Source: Epiperipatus broadwayi
Taxonomy: Eukaryota; Animalia; Onychophora
Direction: 5' to 3'
DNA: 64,000 bases
NCBI GenBank assembly: GCA_028023455.1
Contig: JAQFVV010000003.1
Location: forward strand, 3,968,001 to 4,032,000
Made by a program: the position numbers and the translations under genes. The notes beneath the pieces were generated by a model. That model searched no databases and had not been told where the DNA came from. It saw only the letters and a list, made by a program, of their open reading frames with translations. Of this stretch, positions 25,852 through 38,361 are shown piece after piece. Each line of letters begins with the position of its first letter. Position 1 is the first letter of the stretch.

Positions 25852-27890
25852 CCATTAAATTCAAAAAACATAACAGAAGTAAATGTTATCAGTTCAAATC
25901 CCATGAATCCCGAATTTTAACATTAGTAGCTTGTCTATTAATTATATTCATCTTACTTCTATTTATTAAAATTGTCTCTTTAATTTTTCTTTTATTATGA
26001 TTTCTCTCTTCATGAAGAATTTTAACACTTTTGATATCAAACTTAAATTTATATTTACGTGTTTTTTTCATGATCCAGGAAAACTGAAGCAGTCATTAAA
26101 TCATTATTATTTTTACTTTTTACATGCCTGTATAACAATTTAGGCCCCTTTAATCTTTTTTCAATACTGCATCTCAATTTATCTATATATGATAACATAC
26201 ATCCACAAAAATTTGATACACAACATTACTTTTCTACTTGTCAGGTATGACATTTTTAGAATTATTTACTAACTTATTAATGTTATTTGTAAAACAAAAT
26301 GAAACATTAAACATATCTATATATGATTAAAATTTTCACTCAAATGTTTGAAATATATGGAGTAGATATCCACTTTTTATTATCAATGTTCAATTCCTTT
26401 AAATCATTATAATGATATAAAGTATTGTTGACCTGTTCAATCTTATAACAAACTTCAAACAATTTCTTGATAAATATCTCAATATTTTTTAATTTATCAC
26501 ACTGGTAATAACATAGTTTTTTATTATGAAACAAAAAAATCTAAAACTTGCCTTCTTCTGCATAATTGGTACTTTTGATTTACAATTTATATTTCTTTTT
26601 TGCAATGGTTTGATTATTAATTTATAACTTAACATACTATTATCTCTTGTAATAATTAAATCCGAATACTTAATACATTTATTCTGTTCTATTTTAATAG
26701 TCCATTTCAAGTCATTCAAATTATCTTCTCTACAAGCACATTTATAGTATTGGTATCTTTTGTAAAATTTAATATCTTTAAAAGTACATATATCTAAAAT
26801 ACTATCATATTTAGACAAAACAAAACTGCAAACTTGTGCAACAACAGGCAAACCCATAGGCGAACTTTTGGACATTTTATAATATCCTTTCAAAAGAAGC
26901 AACATTGTTTTTAGCAAAAAAATTTAAAGAATGAATAACAAATTTTATCACATATTTGCAAACACCTTTATTTTTTAATGCATGTTCAAATATTTTTATG
27001 GAATCCAATCTATCAATAGATTCATATATTTTTGTCACATTTAATGAAGCAATAACATCACCCTTATTAATCACTATATTTTTAATTCTCTCTACAAAAT
27101 CAAAAGATGAATGAATAATATTTTCCCCAAATCTTAAAACCTCTTGTAACAGCTTAGCAATATGTGTAGAAGTTTGATATACAAACGGACCACCACAATT
27201 AATCATAATTCTCAAAGGATTATCTTTTCTATGTAACTTTATATTTGCAAAAATACAAGGACATATAGTGCAGGAAGAATATATCTTATAGTACACATTA
27301 TTACTTAAGGCTTTATTCTTAGCAAATATTGGTAATAAAATTTATTCTCCTACCATCCATATTATATTCCTTCAATCAAAAAGAAAAAAAAGTTTACCCA
27401 TTTGCACTTTATTTTTTTCAATATCCTGACATTTCATCAATAAACATATCCGCAGCCCTTTATTTTCTTTCAAACAAATCATATTTTCAGCTTCTGTTTA
27501 AATGCCAAAATGGCCAGTTCTCATGAATTTTCATACGGAATCACATTAAATTTATGACATTTAATTTTCTTAATGATTTCATCAGCAATATGATTATCAT
27601 CAGGTTGCAGTTAATTCCAAATTACAAACAACCCAAGTACAAATGACATATTTAGCTTCATGGCTTGAAATGTATTTCTGAATCAAATGTATCTTTTTAT
27701 CTGACAAATTGACAAAATTCATACCATTGTAAGTTTGTGGATACGGCTTATTAAATAAAAGATCAATTTCCTTCTTAAATTTATTACATAATTTAAGTTC
27801 AAGTAATTTAAATTCATTTTCACAAACACTTTTATATTCGTACAAAGCACAACACTCATTCAAAATTATTAAATGTTCAATTGCTTTCAA
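25812..27890 (-). mobile_element. Decayed Penelope-like element (RT plus GIY-YIG) with a 3' hammerhead motif
   Basis: RT: LHRKDNPLRIMINCGGPFVYQ...SSFDFVERIK...IASLNVTKIY and SPMGLPV. Endonuclease: SNVVYQIFCGCMLSYID (approx. 26190-26240) and FDIKSVKILHEERNHNKRKIKE...IINRQ. Broken into at least 5 ORF pieces. Confidence 0.85.
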
Positions 27891-29199
27891 ATACCTCCAA
27901 ATATTAAAAAGTTCTTTTTACACTTCTTAACTAAATCATTTAAAATTATTACTATAATAGTTAATTACCATTATAGTTATTATTTTTATTATTACAATAG
28001 TTTTTTTTAATTAATGGGCATATATATATATACACACACACAACTAACAGTCTCATAATACATTTTACAAAGTAACCATTACAAACATAGAAGTAATAAT
28101 AATTATTTATAAAATTTATTATCACCGTTAATACTTTGTTGTTTTATCACTATTACAATGATAAATATGTGACAGACATTTTATTTTATTTATGTATATA
28201 TGTTTATATATATTAAATTTATCTATTAAAGCAATACAAACTTTTTAAGTAATTAATTCTGTATATAATAACTTCCATATATAATTGAAATAACCAATAT
28301 GTAACATTAAATAAATTAAAATTCAAAAAATTGCCTTTTATTTATCCTTAACTTTCTTAACATTTTCATTTTTTACTTGCCAAGTTATCTAATTCACTCT
28401 TTAAACTTGTTATGTAAGTTGGTTGTAATATATAATACCTAATAATTTACTTAGCAAATAGCTGAACAGAGGACACTTCAACACTCTGATCCATGAATTA
28501 TATTACTTTTTCATATAATCTATATTAATGTATAAATGTGAAAATTTGTTTGTTCGTGATTTTATAGGCTGTAAATTTTTGCTTTATGGTAATTAATTAT
28601 TTTTACAACTTTGGTAATTTGCAATATATAAAAAGAAAATACATTTAGATAAATTAATATTAAAAAAAGGATTAAAAAATTTGAATGGCATTTATATTGC
28701 AAATTGCTTTGATTGCAAGAGAGATAATAAAAATATTTCATATGCAGGAAAAATAAAAAATAAACTGAAAACTAGATTAATTCTAATATATACCTTCATA
28801 TGAAGGATTCTAAGTATATAAAATTTGAAATAAAGATGTTAAAAAATGGGAGACTTTATAAAGACAGATTAGTTAAAAAAGTTTATTTTGAAAAGAACGT
28901 GTTAAAAATCTCATATAATTATAGACGAGTAATTATAATAATTGAAGGATATCTGTATCAATATATAAATATGAAAGTTTGTCTGTCTATATTACATAAA
29001 TGGAAAGTTTGTTTGTTTGTTTGTTTTGTGAGTTTATAATTCTACAAATATTGCATCAATCTAGATGAATCCTGAATGATTTTTCTCTTTCTTTGCATAG
29101 AATTTTATAGGCTGTAATTTTTTGCTTTATGACAAAAACTTTAGTAATTTGCAATATAAAAATGCATGGAAAATTGAATGATGTTAGATATAATCAAAA

Positions 29200-30700
29200 A
29201 GACGGCAGCACTGATTAAAAGATCAAAGATGTTTGAAGCTTTTCTTTTTAGGATTACAGTTTAAAATAAATCTTAAAAAGTAAGTAAATGAAATTTAATT
29301 AAAAGAATTATTGTCTGGCTTTAAAAAAAAATTATCAAAATAATTTATTTTTAAAAATAACATTGTTTAATAGAACATATGAAAATAATATTTTAAAACA
29401 AATTATCATTTATGTTAAGTTATAAAGTAAATTATAATATGGTTTTAAATTTTTATCCACACTCTATTTAATTGTGTTATTATCTTTCTTTTTTGTGTGT
29501 GAAAAGTTGCATAGGCTAGGAATTTTTGCTTTAGAAGCTTGAATCTTTGTTTTTAAAAAAAGGATTTCATCAGTTTAATACATTCAATGAATGAAATTTA
29601 TTTGTGGATTTTACAATTTCCCATTAGGTATATTTTCATGTGATTAAAAAAGTTTTATATTGGCTTGGAATTTTTGTTTGTGCTAAACTTAAAAGTGAGA
29701 AATTAAATTTGCAGTACATTTCATAAAGAATGTTAAAATTTAAACTATTCAAATAATTACTGTCTTTAAAAAACATTAGAATTATTTTATTCTTTAAAAT
29801 ATCACAGTTCAATCGCTAAATAAAATATGTGGGACAATTAAAACCATTTTGTTTTTATTGACTTTAAAAAAATATTTTTAAAGATAACATTGTTTGAATA
29901 GAATATACACAAATAATATTTTAAAACAATCTCTTCAAATTGTCATTTATGATAAGTTATAAAGTTATAAAATGGCTTTAAATTTTTATCACACTCCATT
30001 CAATTGCATGATTTTTTTTCTTTTTGTGGAGAATTTCATAGGCTAAGAATTTTTGCTTTAGATGTTTAAAGCTTTTTTAAAAGGATGTCATCAGTTTAAT
30101 ACATTTAAAAAAGTGATTGAAATTTAATTAATCTATACATTTTAGAAAGAATGTTAAAATGTAAACTATTCAAATAGTTATTATCTTTAAAAACATTTAT
30201 TGTATGAAACATTTATCTAAGTAATATTTTAAAAACAATGTATGATCAGTTATTAAGCATGATTATTTTTTTTTTTAAATTTAAACTATTTTATTTTTAT
30301 AAATATCATTGTTCAAATGATTAATTAAATACGTGAATTTTACATATTTATTTTTAAGTACATTTTCATGTGATTAAGTAAGTTTAATATTGGCTTGGAA
30401 TTTTTGTTCCCAAATGTGAAAAATTAAGAATGTGGTACATTTTTAAAAGAATGTTAAAATTTAAACTATTCCAGTAATTATTACCTTTAAAAAAAATTAA
30501 AACCATTTTATTTTTTAAATGACATTGTCCAAGTGATACAGTTAAATATAAGGGACCTTGACTTCGAATATTATTTTTAAAAATTCAGTATAAATATATT
30601 TCTCATATCATAAATGAAATTTTATTTTTAAAAAGAACATTGCTCAATAGAATGTACTAAACATTTAAGTAATATTTTAAAACAACATTTTACTTGAACA
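29200..30700 (+). repeat. Degenerate complex tandem repeats inside the Helitron
   Basis: Recurring blocks CATAGGCTA(G/A)GAATTTTTGCTTTAGA (approx. 29510, 30040), AAAGAATGTTAAAAT(T/G)TAAACTATTC (approx. 29725, 30146, 30446) and ATATTGGCTTGGAATTTTTG (approx. 29657, 30387). Confidence 0.7.
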
Positions 30701-31576
30701 CTCTATAAATATGTAATCTATTAATTTTGTTTGATTTATATAGTACCAAAAATGATATAAACAAATGAAGACTATTTTTGCACATTATTTATCCAGAGCA
30801 TAAGCAATGCAATGAGTAAAAACAGAGCTCAAGAAACACAGCAATGGCAGTGACAAGAAGAATTCAGAACTTCAGAAGCAGTTGAACAGTTTGATAATTA
30901 TGACTGTAATCAGTCTCAATGCCAAAGAACATTAAGAACTTCAGAGACTGGAGATCAAACTGCTGAGCACTGAAGGGCTCAATATCAATTTTAAACATCT
31001 ATGAGAGATGCATCAATATGAAACATGGTTTCAATGACAGGCACACTGTTAAGCAAAATCAAGAGCTGCTGAAACAGCATTGCAAAGTAATATGTGTTTA
31101 CAGCAGCAGGCTTAATGACCAGTGACTGTAAGGAATAGTGTTGCTGTAAGCTACAATCCATAAATTCAATATGCTAATTCATCACTATTGTCAATTGGCA
31201 GAATAAATTATGAATGTCAATACTATGGTGCTATGGAGTGGAAAAGTGAACCTCCTGGCCTTTGCTGTTTGTCAGATAAGTTTTCTGTTCCTTATTTACA
31301 AGTGCCAACTCAACATTTAAAAAATATTTTCAATTAGACTGATTATTTCAAATGTTTTCATGCTCATATCTTGCAAATATAATTCATGGTTTCAAATGGA
31401 AATTTTTTTGAGGTGATAAAACAATTACACAATCTGGATTTTTGCCAACTTTCTTAGTTCAATGACAAATATACCATAAAATTAGAGAAATTCTATCAAT
31501 ATACAATGATAAGAATCAATTCTTACATGGAAAATTAGCTATACCTGTGGCTTTGCTCACATTGATGGAATAAAAC

Positions 31577-31789
31577 AATGTAATGTAGTTGATAATTAAA
31601 ATATATTTAAATAATATTGACATGACATAATAATACATGAGTTATCAACAACAGGTAAAAATGACCTAAACATTGTTTATAAAAATGTATTACAATAATC
31701 ATTTTATCTGCTGTTGATAATTCATATATTATTTACTATGTCATATCAATATTATTTAAATATATTTTAATTATCAATTGAATTACATT
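31577..31789. repeat. 213-bp foldback (MITE-like palindrome)
   Basis: Inverted arms of about 88 bp (AATGTAAT..TTGATAATTAAAATATATTTAAATAATATTGA...) around a spacer of about 33 nt. Confidence 0.88.
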
Positions 31790-31904
31790 CTTTTATTCTA
31801 CTAATGTAAGCAAAACTGTGGATACAGTTAGTAGATTATATAAAACATAACATCATGCATTTTGAATATTTGGCTTTCTGTTAGAGTGTGTGTCATCATC
31901 ATCA

Positions 31905-32591
31905 TCAACCATTATCAATCCACTGCAGGATAAAGGTCTCTCCAAGTTCAATCCATCTTTTCCTATCTTTAGCTTCTCTTCTCCACATCACCCCTGCACA
32001 CTTTCTTATTTCATCCATCCATCTCACATGTGGTCTCTTCCTGGGTCTTTTACAATCTCTTGGAATCCAGTTTAAAATTTCAATTATCCATCTATTATCA
32101 TCTCTTCTAGCAATATGTCCAGCCCAACTCCACTTCAGTCTTTTAATTTTTTCAATGAGGTCAGTAACACCTGTTTGTTCTCTTACCCATACATTGCATT
32201 TTCGATCTCTTCTTGTTACTCCCAACATGCATCTCTCCATACTTCTTTGAGTGGTCTGAAGTCTCTGTATTGCTCTTCTATTAAGTGTCCAAGTCTCAGA
32301 TCCATAAGTAAGAACTGGCAAAACACATTTATTAAAAACCTTCCTTTTCAAACACATAGGCATATTTCCTTTTAGTATCAAGTTATTTCTACCAAAAGCA
32401 CTCCAACCAAGTTTAATTCTATGATTAATTTCATCCATTATGTTTCCATCTGTATTAATAATCTGACCAAGGTATTTGTAACTGTTAACTTCTTCTAACT
32501 CATCATAATCAATCTTTATTTTCATATTTTGAGAAAATCTATTAAACATTACTTTAGTCTTTTTAACATTTATCTTTAGTCCTACTTTCAT
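31905..32591 (-). CDS. RTE polyprotein C-terminal part after the frameshift (thumb and C-terminal domain)
   Basis: KVGLKINVKKTK...YKYLGQ...PVLTYGSETW...LKWSWAGHIARR...RPRKRPHVRWMD...QWIDNG. Confidence 0.88.
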   Translation of the reverse strand: MKVGLKINVKKTKVMFNRFSQNMKIKIDYDELEEVNSYKYLGQIINTDGNIMDEINHRIKLGWSAFGRNNLILKGNMPMCLKRKVFNKCVLPVLTYGSETWTLNRRAIQRLQTTQRSMERCMLGVTRRDRKCNVWVREQTGVTDLIEKIKRLKWSWAGHIARRDDNRWIIEILNWIPRDCKRPRKRPHVRWMDEIRKCAGVMWRREAKDRKRWIELGETFILQWIDNG

Positions 32592-34854
32592 CTGATAACT
32601 CCTGCAACATTTCCTGTAACTCTAAAGCATTATTTGCAAAAACAACTACATCATCTGCAAAATCTAAATGACTTAAATAATCTCCATTTACTTTCACTCC
32701 TTTAGCTTCCCATTTTAATCCACAAAATACTTCTTGCAGCACTGCTGTAAAAAGTTTTGGAGATATGGAGTCACCCTGTCTTACACCCTTTTCAATGTTG
32801 ATTTTCCTACTATCATTATGTAATCTAATTGTTGCTGTTGCATTTTTATAAATATTCTTTAAAATATGACAATATCCTGGATCTACACCTTGATGATCCA
32901 ATGCTTTAATCACTGAAGAAATGTTTATAGAATCAAATGCCTTTTCATAATCTACAAATCCTAAGCATAATGGCAACTCATATTCATTTGTCCTTTCTAT
33001 AACTTCTCTCAATACCTGGATATGATCTACTGTACTAAAACCACTTTTAAATCCAGCTTGTTCTCTTGGTTGGTGGAAATCCAGTGTTTTCTGTAGACGA
33101 GTTGTAATTATCTTAGTAAAAATTTTGTATAAAACTGATAAAAGACTGATAGGTCTGTAATTTCTAATATCTTCTTTATCACCTTTTTTAAATATTAATA
33201 TTAATACTGCATTCTTCCAATCATCTGGTACATCTTTATCATTTAGACATTTGGTATATAACTTTGCTAAAAAAAATTCTATTTCTTCACCTGCTTCTTT
33301 TAATATATCAATTATAATTCCATCATTACCTGGAGCCTTCCCTTTCTTCATAAATTTAATTGCATGTCTCACTTCCTCATTCAAAATTCTGGGCAATTCG
33401 GAAGATATAATAGGTATAGGAGGCACTTGTTCTTTATTACTATATAATTCTTGATAGAAGTCTTCTACACATTTCATGATGTCATCTCTCTTTTTAGTAA
33501 TAATGCCATCTTTTTTTCTTATTGCAGATATAAATTTCCTACCAATACCAAAATGTTGTTTTACACTCTTTAGACTTTTATTCTCTTCTACAGCTTTCCT
33601 TGCTAGTTCACAATTATACTTTCTTATATCATTTTCAACTCTTTTCCACACCATTTTACAAAATTCGAGATATTCAATCTTTTTTAATGCATCATTGTTG
33701 TATATCCTCATATTCCTTCTTTTCTTCATAAATTCTCTAGTCTCAGTAGAAATTTTATTGGTCAATTGCTGCTTTTTTCTACCAGCTATCTTTGTTGCAG
33801 TTTTTAAAAGTGTATCAGTTATTTTCCTATTAATGTCATTCAAATCTGAATCATGTTCAAAATCTACTAATACTTGAAACCGATTTGTAAGTTCTAATTT
33901 AAATTCATTAGAATGTTTCTGAAGATTAGGAATATCAACTGTAAATATTGTTTTTCTTAATAATTTTTGTCTCTCTAGTTTTGCATTAACATGTATCTTA
34001 CATCTTACTAATCGATGATCACTTCCTGTGTTAAATTTATTAAGAACATTACAATCTTGAAATATGTATTTTCTGTTAGTCAAAATATAATCCAATTCTG
34101 CTGTACCTTCATTTGGATGCTTCCATGTCCATTTCCTTTTAACATTTTTCTCAAAAAAAGAATTCATAATATAAAGTTTTTCTTTTTCTGCAAACTCCAC
34201 AAGTCTATGTCCTCTCTCATTTCTATTACCATAACCAAAATTACCTACAGCATTTTCATCTTTCATTTGTTTACCAATTCTAGCATTAAAGTCTCCCATA
34301 ACAATTTTAAAATGTTGTTTACTCTGATCAAAAGCCTTTTGTACATCCATATAAAAATCTTCTACTACTTCATCACTATGAGAACTTGTTGGGGCATAAA
34401 CCTGAATTATCTGCATTTGGTATCTGCTATTAAGTTGTAAAACTAATCTTGCCACTCTGTCCGATACACCATCAATCTCCACAATGTTATTCTTCCATTT
34501 TTTATTTATAATGAATCCTACTCCACTTGTATTTCCAATATTTGTACCTTTATAGTAGAGTATATGTCCACTTTTTAAATCAATTGTTTCTTCACCTTTT
34601 CTTCTAACTTCACAAAGTCCAATAATGTCCCATTTAATATAAGACAGTTCTTCTTCTAACTCTTGCAATCTTCCTTCACTTGAAAGTGATCTGCAGTTGT
34701 AAGTACCTAAATAAAAAGTTGTCATCAAATGGCAGCCTGAGTCCACAATCAGGGGATTCTTAGCACCCTCTGCCTTCGGCCACCAACTGCTGCTTTGGTT
34801 GGTGACTTTACAGCCTCCTGGGAATAAGGGCCATGATTTATTTTTGTCTGTCAT
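32563..34854 (-). CDS. RTE endonuclease/reverse transcriptase, N-terminal part (APE plus RT core)
   Basis: Part of ORF 32563..35007. The track's start is a TTG; in-frame ATGs are at 34947 and 34854. The true start is uncertain. Confidence 0.85.
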   Translation of the reverse strand: MTDKNKSWPLFPGGCKVTNQSSSWWPKAEGAKNPLIVDSGCHLMTTFYLGTYNCRSLSSEGRLQELEEELSYIKWDIIGLCEVRRKGEETIDLKSGHILYYKGTNIGNTSGVGFIINKKWKNNIVEIDGVSDRVARLVLQLNSRYQMQIIQVYAPTSSHSDEVVEDFYMDVQKAFDQSKQHFKIVMGDFNARIGKQMKDENAVGNFGYGNRNERGHRLVEFAEKEKLYIMNSFFEKNVKRKWTWKHPNEGTAELDYILTNRKYIFQDCNVLNKFNTGSDHRLVRCKIHVNAKLERQKLLRKTIFTVDIPNLQKHSNEFKLELTNRFQVLVDFEHDSDLNDINRKITDTLLKTATKIAGRKKQQLTNKISTETREFMKKRRNMRIYNNDALKKIEYLEFCKMVWKRVENDIRKYNCELARKAVEENKSLKSVKQHFGIGRKFISAIRKKDGIITKKRDDIMKCVEDFYQELYSNKEQVPPIPIISSELPRILNEEVRHAIKFMKKGKAPGNDGIIIDILKEAGEEIEFFLAKLYTKCLNDKDVPDDWKNAVLILIFKKGDKEDIRNYRPISLLSVLYKIFTKIITTRLQKTLDFHQPREQAGFKSGFSTVDHIQVLREVIERTNEYELPLCLGFVDYEKAFDSINISSVIKALDHQGVDPGYCHILKNIYKNATATIRLHNDSRKINIEKGVRQGDSISPKLFTAVLQEVFCGLKWEAKGVKVNGDYLSHLDFADDVVVFANNALELQEMLQELSDESRTKDKC

Positions 34855-35339
34855 AATTGTATATATTAGAAAAAATATTCTTAAACTCGGAGGTAAAAAG
34901 CCAATAAACTCACCACGCTGGCTAATGCGTGTTGGTGAGCAGCCCATCCATGTTCGTATACTATATGAATAATCACATAGTAATAACAGCTGCAACAACA
35001 AGAACAAATGGAGTGGACATTAGGAATTTGCCCTGCTTGGTTCCTTTAAGGCCTCCAAGAGTAATCAAAGGGTCTCCTTTCAGTTAATAGAGAGAGACAT
35101 TAGATTATATACTAACTATAACTTAATATCAAATAACAAGAAGCCATTTCTTTCAATTTGTTCATTCAGCATATAATCATGTAAGATACTGCTTATATTA
35201 AATGCTTTAACAGAGATACAGATATAATGATTGCATGTCACCAAGTTAAATTTTAGGAAGTTTTCTGGGGGGGGGGGGATATGAAAAGCATCTCAGTTTT
35301 TTTATAGGGGTTCTTTGTATAAATCAAGAAGTTATACAA

Positions 35340-36000
35340 TTAAAGCAGATTTTGGTGCAAACAGATTATTATTAGATTGTTAAACAAGGCTGCATATTAT
35401 TGTATTAATTATTCTCTTTAATTAAATCCCATACAAATGTGTAGCAATATTATCAATGTTAATTATAATCTATGCTATTTTCTTGATATTTCAAGCAGCA
35501 GAGATTCCTTGTTTTTTCATCAAGTATTGCCATTTGAAGGATTGTGGAAATTTCTATAGACTGTATAGATTGGAATTAATATTAATTATTTTACTTGTCT
35601 TTTGAAATGTAGAATGAGAGAAACAAGATTTGAAAAAAAAGGCAAATATGTGTTTAAGATTGATGGTGTGAAATATCAATCTTTAATACACCACATTTAT
35701 TAGAGAGTTATAAAACTGAGGTAAGAAATGGGTTTATAGCTAAACGTGGAGTTGTTGAATTTAAAACTGACACTGAAGACATTGAATTCAACTAAAGATT
35801 TTTTTTCTGGGTTCATTCAAGCAGCTAAAAGAATTCATCACAAATGAAAAAGTTTTGATGTGAAAATATATTTTTCTTGGATACATACTTTCAACATCAA
35901 AGAATCTAGATAGAAAATGTGTTGGTTTTTTGGGGAACTCTGGTACTAACAAAGACCTCTAAGAATATTGTGCTATTGACAGCAAGAAAAACAAGCAAAT
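35340..36000 (+). mobile_element. Highly decayed RTE-like RT fragment
   Basis: VKQGCIL remnant near 35380; the rest is disrupted. Confidence 0.3.
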
Positions 36001-36399
36001 GGTAATTTTATCTGATTAAACTTGGGTTCTGAATTGAAGCACAATTGATTAATTGAGAATTTGTTACTTTATTTGATGAAAAAAAGGTGGGTATATTATG
36101 ATATTGTGACAAAGAGAAGTTTCATAAATCACAAAAGTTATAGGAATATCATTTGTATGACCACAAAAAGTTATTAGTTTGATAGCACCTAATAATATTT
36201 TAATAGAAATGTTATATAATGTAAAATGGCTTCTTTTAAACAAAAAAGTTTCTGACTGCAAAAAATTATGTCTAGAATCCCTGCTATTCAGAAATGTGAT
36301 GTAAAATGGTTTCTCATAAAATGAAATCAGAAGTTCCTGTATATAAACCATGCATTCAGAGACCTCATTAACCAAGTTAAACATTCACATCATTTAAAA

Positions 36400-38327
36400 C
36401 TATTATATTACATGCACTCACACCCAAACTTCATCTACTTCTACTATCTATACTCATCAAATTATTTTTTCATCATTGGAACATGGTTTCTAATAATTTC
36501 AATAAGCAGTCTTCATATTTTCTATATTTGTCATAAAGACTTAAAGAAAAAAACCTGAAAATTTTCTCTCATTCCTTTACCTATATATTTTTGCCATTCT
36601 CTGTATAATTTTTAAAATCTCTTTTGACATGTTACACTCCAAAAAAAAAAGTTTTATAATTTCTCTTCCATATAAATTAAAATTTTGACCCATATTTGTC
36701 TCATTTTCTTGATATGCAAAATTCTTATTCTTGCATCAAATAAAAATAAGCTTTCCAAATGCTATAAATTACATCATTTTATATTTTTTAAATATATTTC
36801 ATAACTCTACTTCTTTTTCTCTAACCAAGTGATATATATTTTTTCCCCAACTCTTATAATTATGCATTTAATAAACTCTACATATTTACCCCATTTCTTA
36901 TAGAAATACATAGAAATAAAATCTTTATCTATTAAATTTGTGTATTGTCATAACCTTTGTTATATTTCTCTATAAAATTCATTTAAATGCTAATTTTAAA
37001 CATCTAGTTTATTCCCAAAAAATTTAATTTCCTCATTAAAATGTAAGACTAGTCCATCTTCACTTGAAGAGTCTCATTTGATGTCTACAATTCATCATCT
37101 TTTACATATATATCTAATTTTATCTGAATTATATCTAAAAAAAATTGGTCCCCTAGCCAATATAAAGTTTCTAATTTCCGAATGTTAAAGCAAGTATCTG
37201 TTATCTGATAAATACGACAAATTTTTATTCAGTCCCATTTTATTGTTGCATTTATTTCTTACTTAGCGGGAAATCCTTATTCATGCATGCATCATGTCAA
37301 GTTGAATATTCACATTTTCTATCCTTCAGTTTTTTTCCACTTTTCCTCGCTGAATTTAATTTTTATATTTCTTGCTATCTCTCCATATTTTTTAATGCAG
37401 CTCCATATCTTTCATATTATTTACAAAAAATACTATATTACAAACTAAAGGGAATTATCATAATATGCATTCCACTGTTTTTCACACATGAATTCTCACC
37501 CTTATTTCTAGTCTTTCTATCTTAACTTCCACTTTCTCAGTGTAATAAGATAAATAATAAAAGAGCTAATAAGCATCCGTTTCAGATCGATTTCATAATA
37601 AACTTTCTTTTTATTCATTGAATTGATTCTTAAAAATTATTCTTATAAAAGTCTTTAGTCAATCTTAACAACACTAAATCTATTTCCATATTTTTACAAT
37701 CACATTATAATCTATTCTTATTAACCATATCGTAAGCCTTTTCTAAATTTAAAAATGCTATGAATAACTGTCTACTATACTTTTCAATGATGAATTAACT
37801 ATCCCCTATCTATCTCCCTGACTAAAATCCATTCTGAATCATACTCAACATTTTTGTGCTTTCATTCAAGCCGTCTATTTATTCATTAATATAAATGTAA
37901 ATATTTTATAAACTATGTAAGTCATTGTGACTTGTGTTTAACTAATTTCTTTATAAAATAATTTAATTCTCACCCATAACCCCATCCAGTAATCTGGAAT
38001 CACAATATTCTTAATAATTTTATTCAACTTTCTTTTAAATCAATTCTTGGATACTTTCTTATGTATATTAATATTTCATTTACCATATAACCCAGTCTAC
38101 GTTTTCTTTTTGAATTGACCAGTTTCTCCAAACGAGTTGAAATCTATCAATCTTTTCTTGAACTGATCTTTCTAATGGATCACAGTCAGCAAATAAGTTA
38201 GAAATATATAAGACATTTAAATACAATAATCTTATGTTAGTAACATGGGTGTATTTATTTTATTATTTAAAGAATATTTAGAATATTACATTATATATAT
38301 ATTATTATAATTATCATCATCATCACC

Positions 38328-38361
<34 letters not shown>

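Larger units (their letters stand above)
28519..31831 (+). mobile_element. Fossil Helitron (deleted derivative with a Rep N-terminal remnant)
   Basis: 5' ends A^TCTAT...(GTTT)n at 28519, 28952 and approx. 28986. Rep N-terminal remnants IGRINYECQYYGAMEWKSEPPGLCC and YNSWFQM...GFLPTFLVQ*QIYHKI (approx. 31180-31490). The 3' end AATGTAAGCAAAACTGTGGATACAGTTAG^T (31803-31832) differs from the Lep1-like consensus I recall (AACGCGAGCGAAGCCGCGGGCACAGCTAGT) only by C>T and G>A changes. Confidence 0.82.
31886..34960 (-). mobile_element. Near-intact RTE-clade LINE (APE plus RT, single ORF, one frameshift)
   Basis: APE motifs GTYNCRSL, GLCEVR, QVYAPT, MGDFNA, LDYIL, SDHRLV. RT motifs YRPISLL, QAGF, DYEKAFD, GVRQGDSISP, FADD. 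The C-terminal domain ends in a (GAT)n tail (TCATCATCATCATCA on the plus strand near 31893-31907). No clear TSD. Confidence 0.97.

Noticed and set aside
31888-34440. Plus-strand ORFs of 61-141 aa overlapping the RTE
   Set aside because: Antisense shadows of a long ORF in AT-rich DNA; no motifs.
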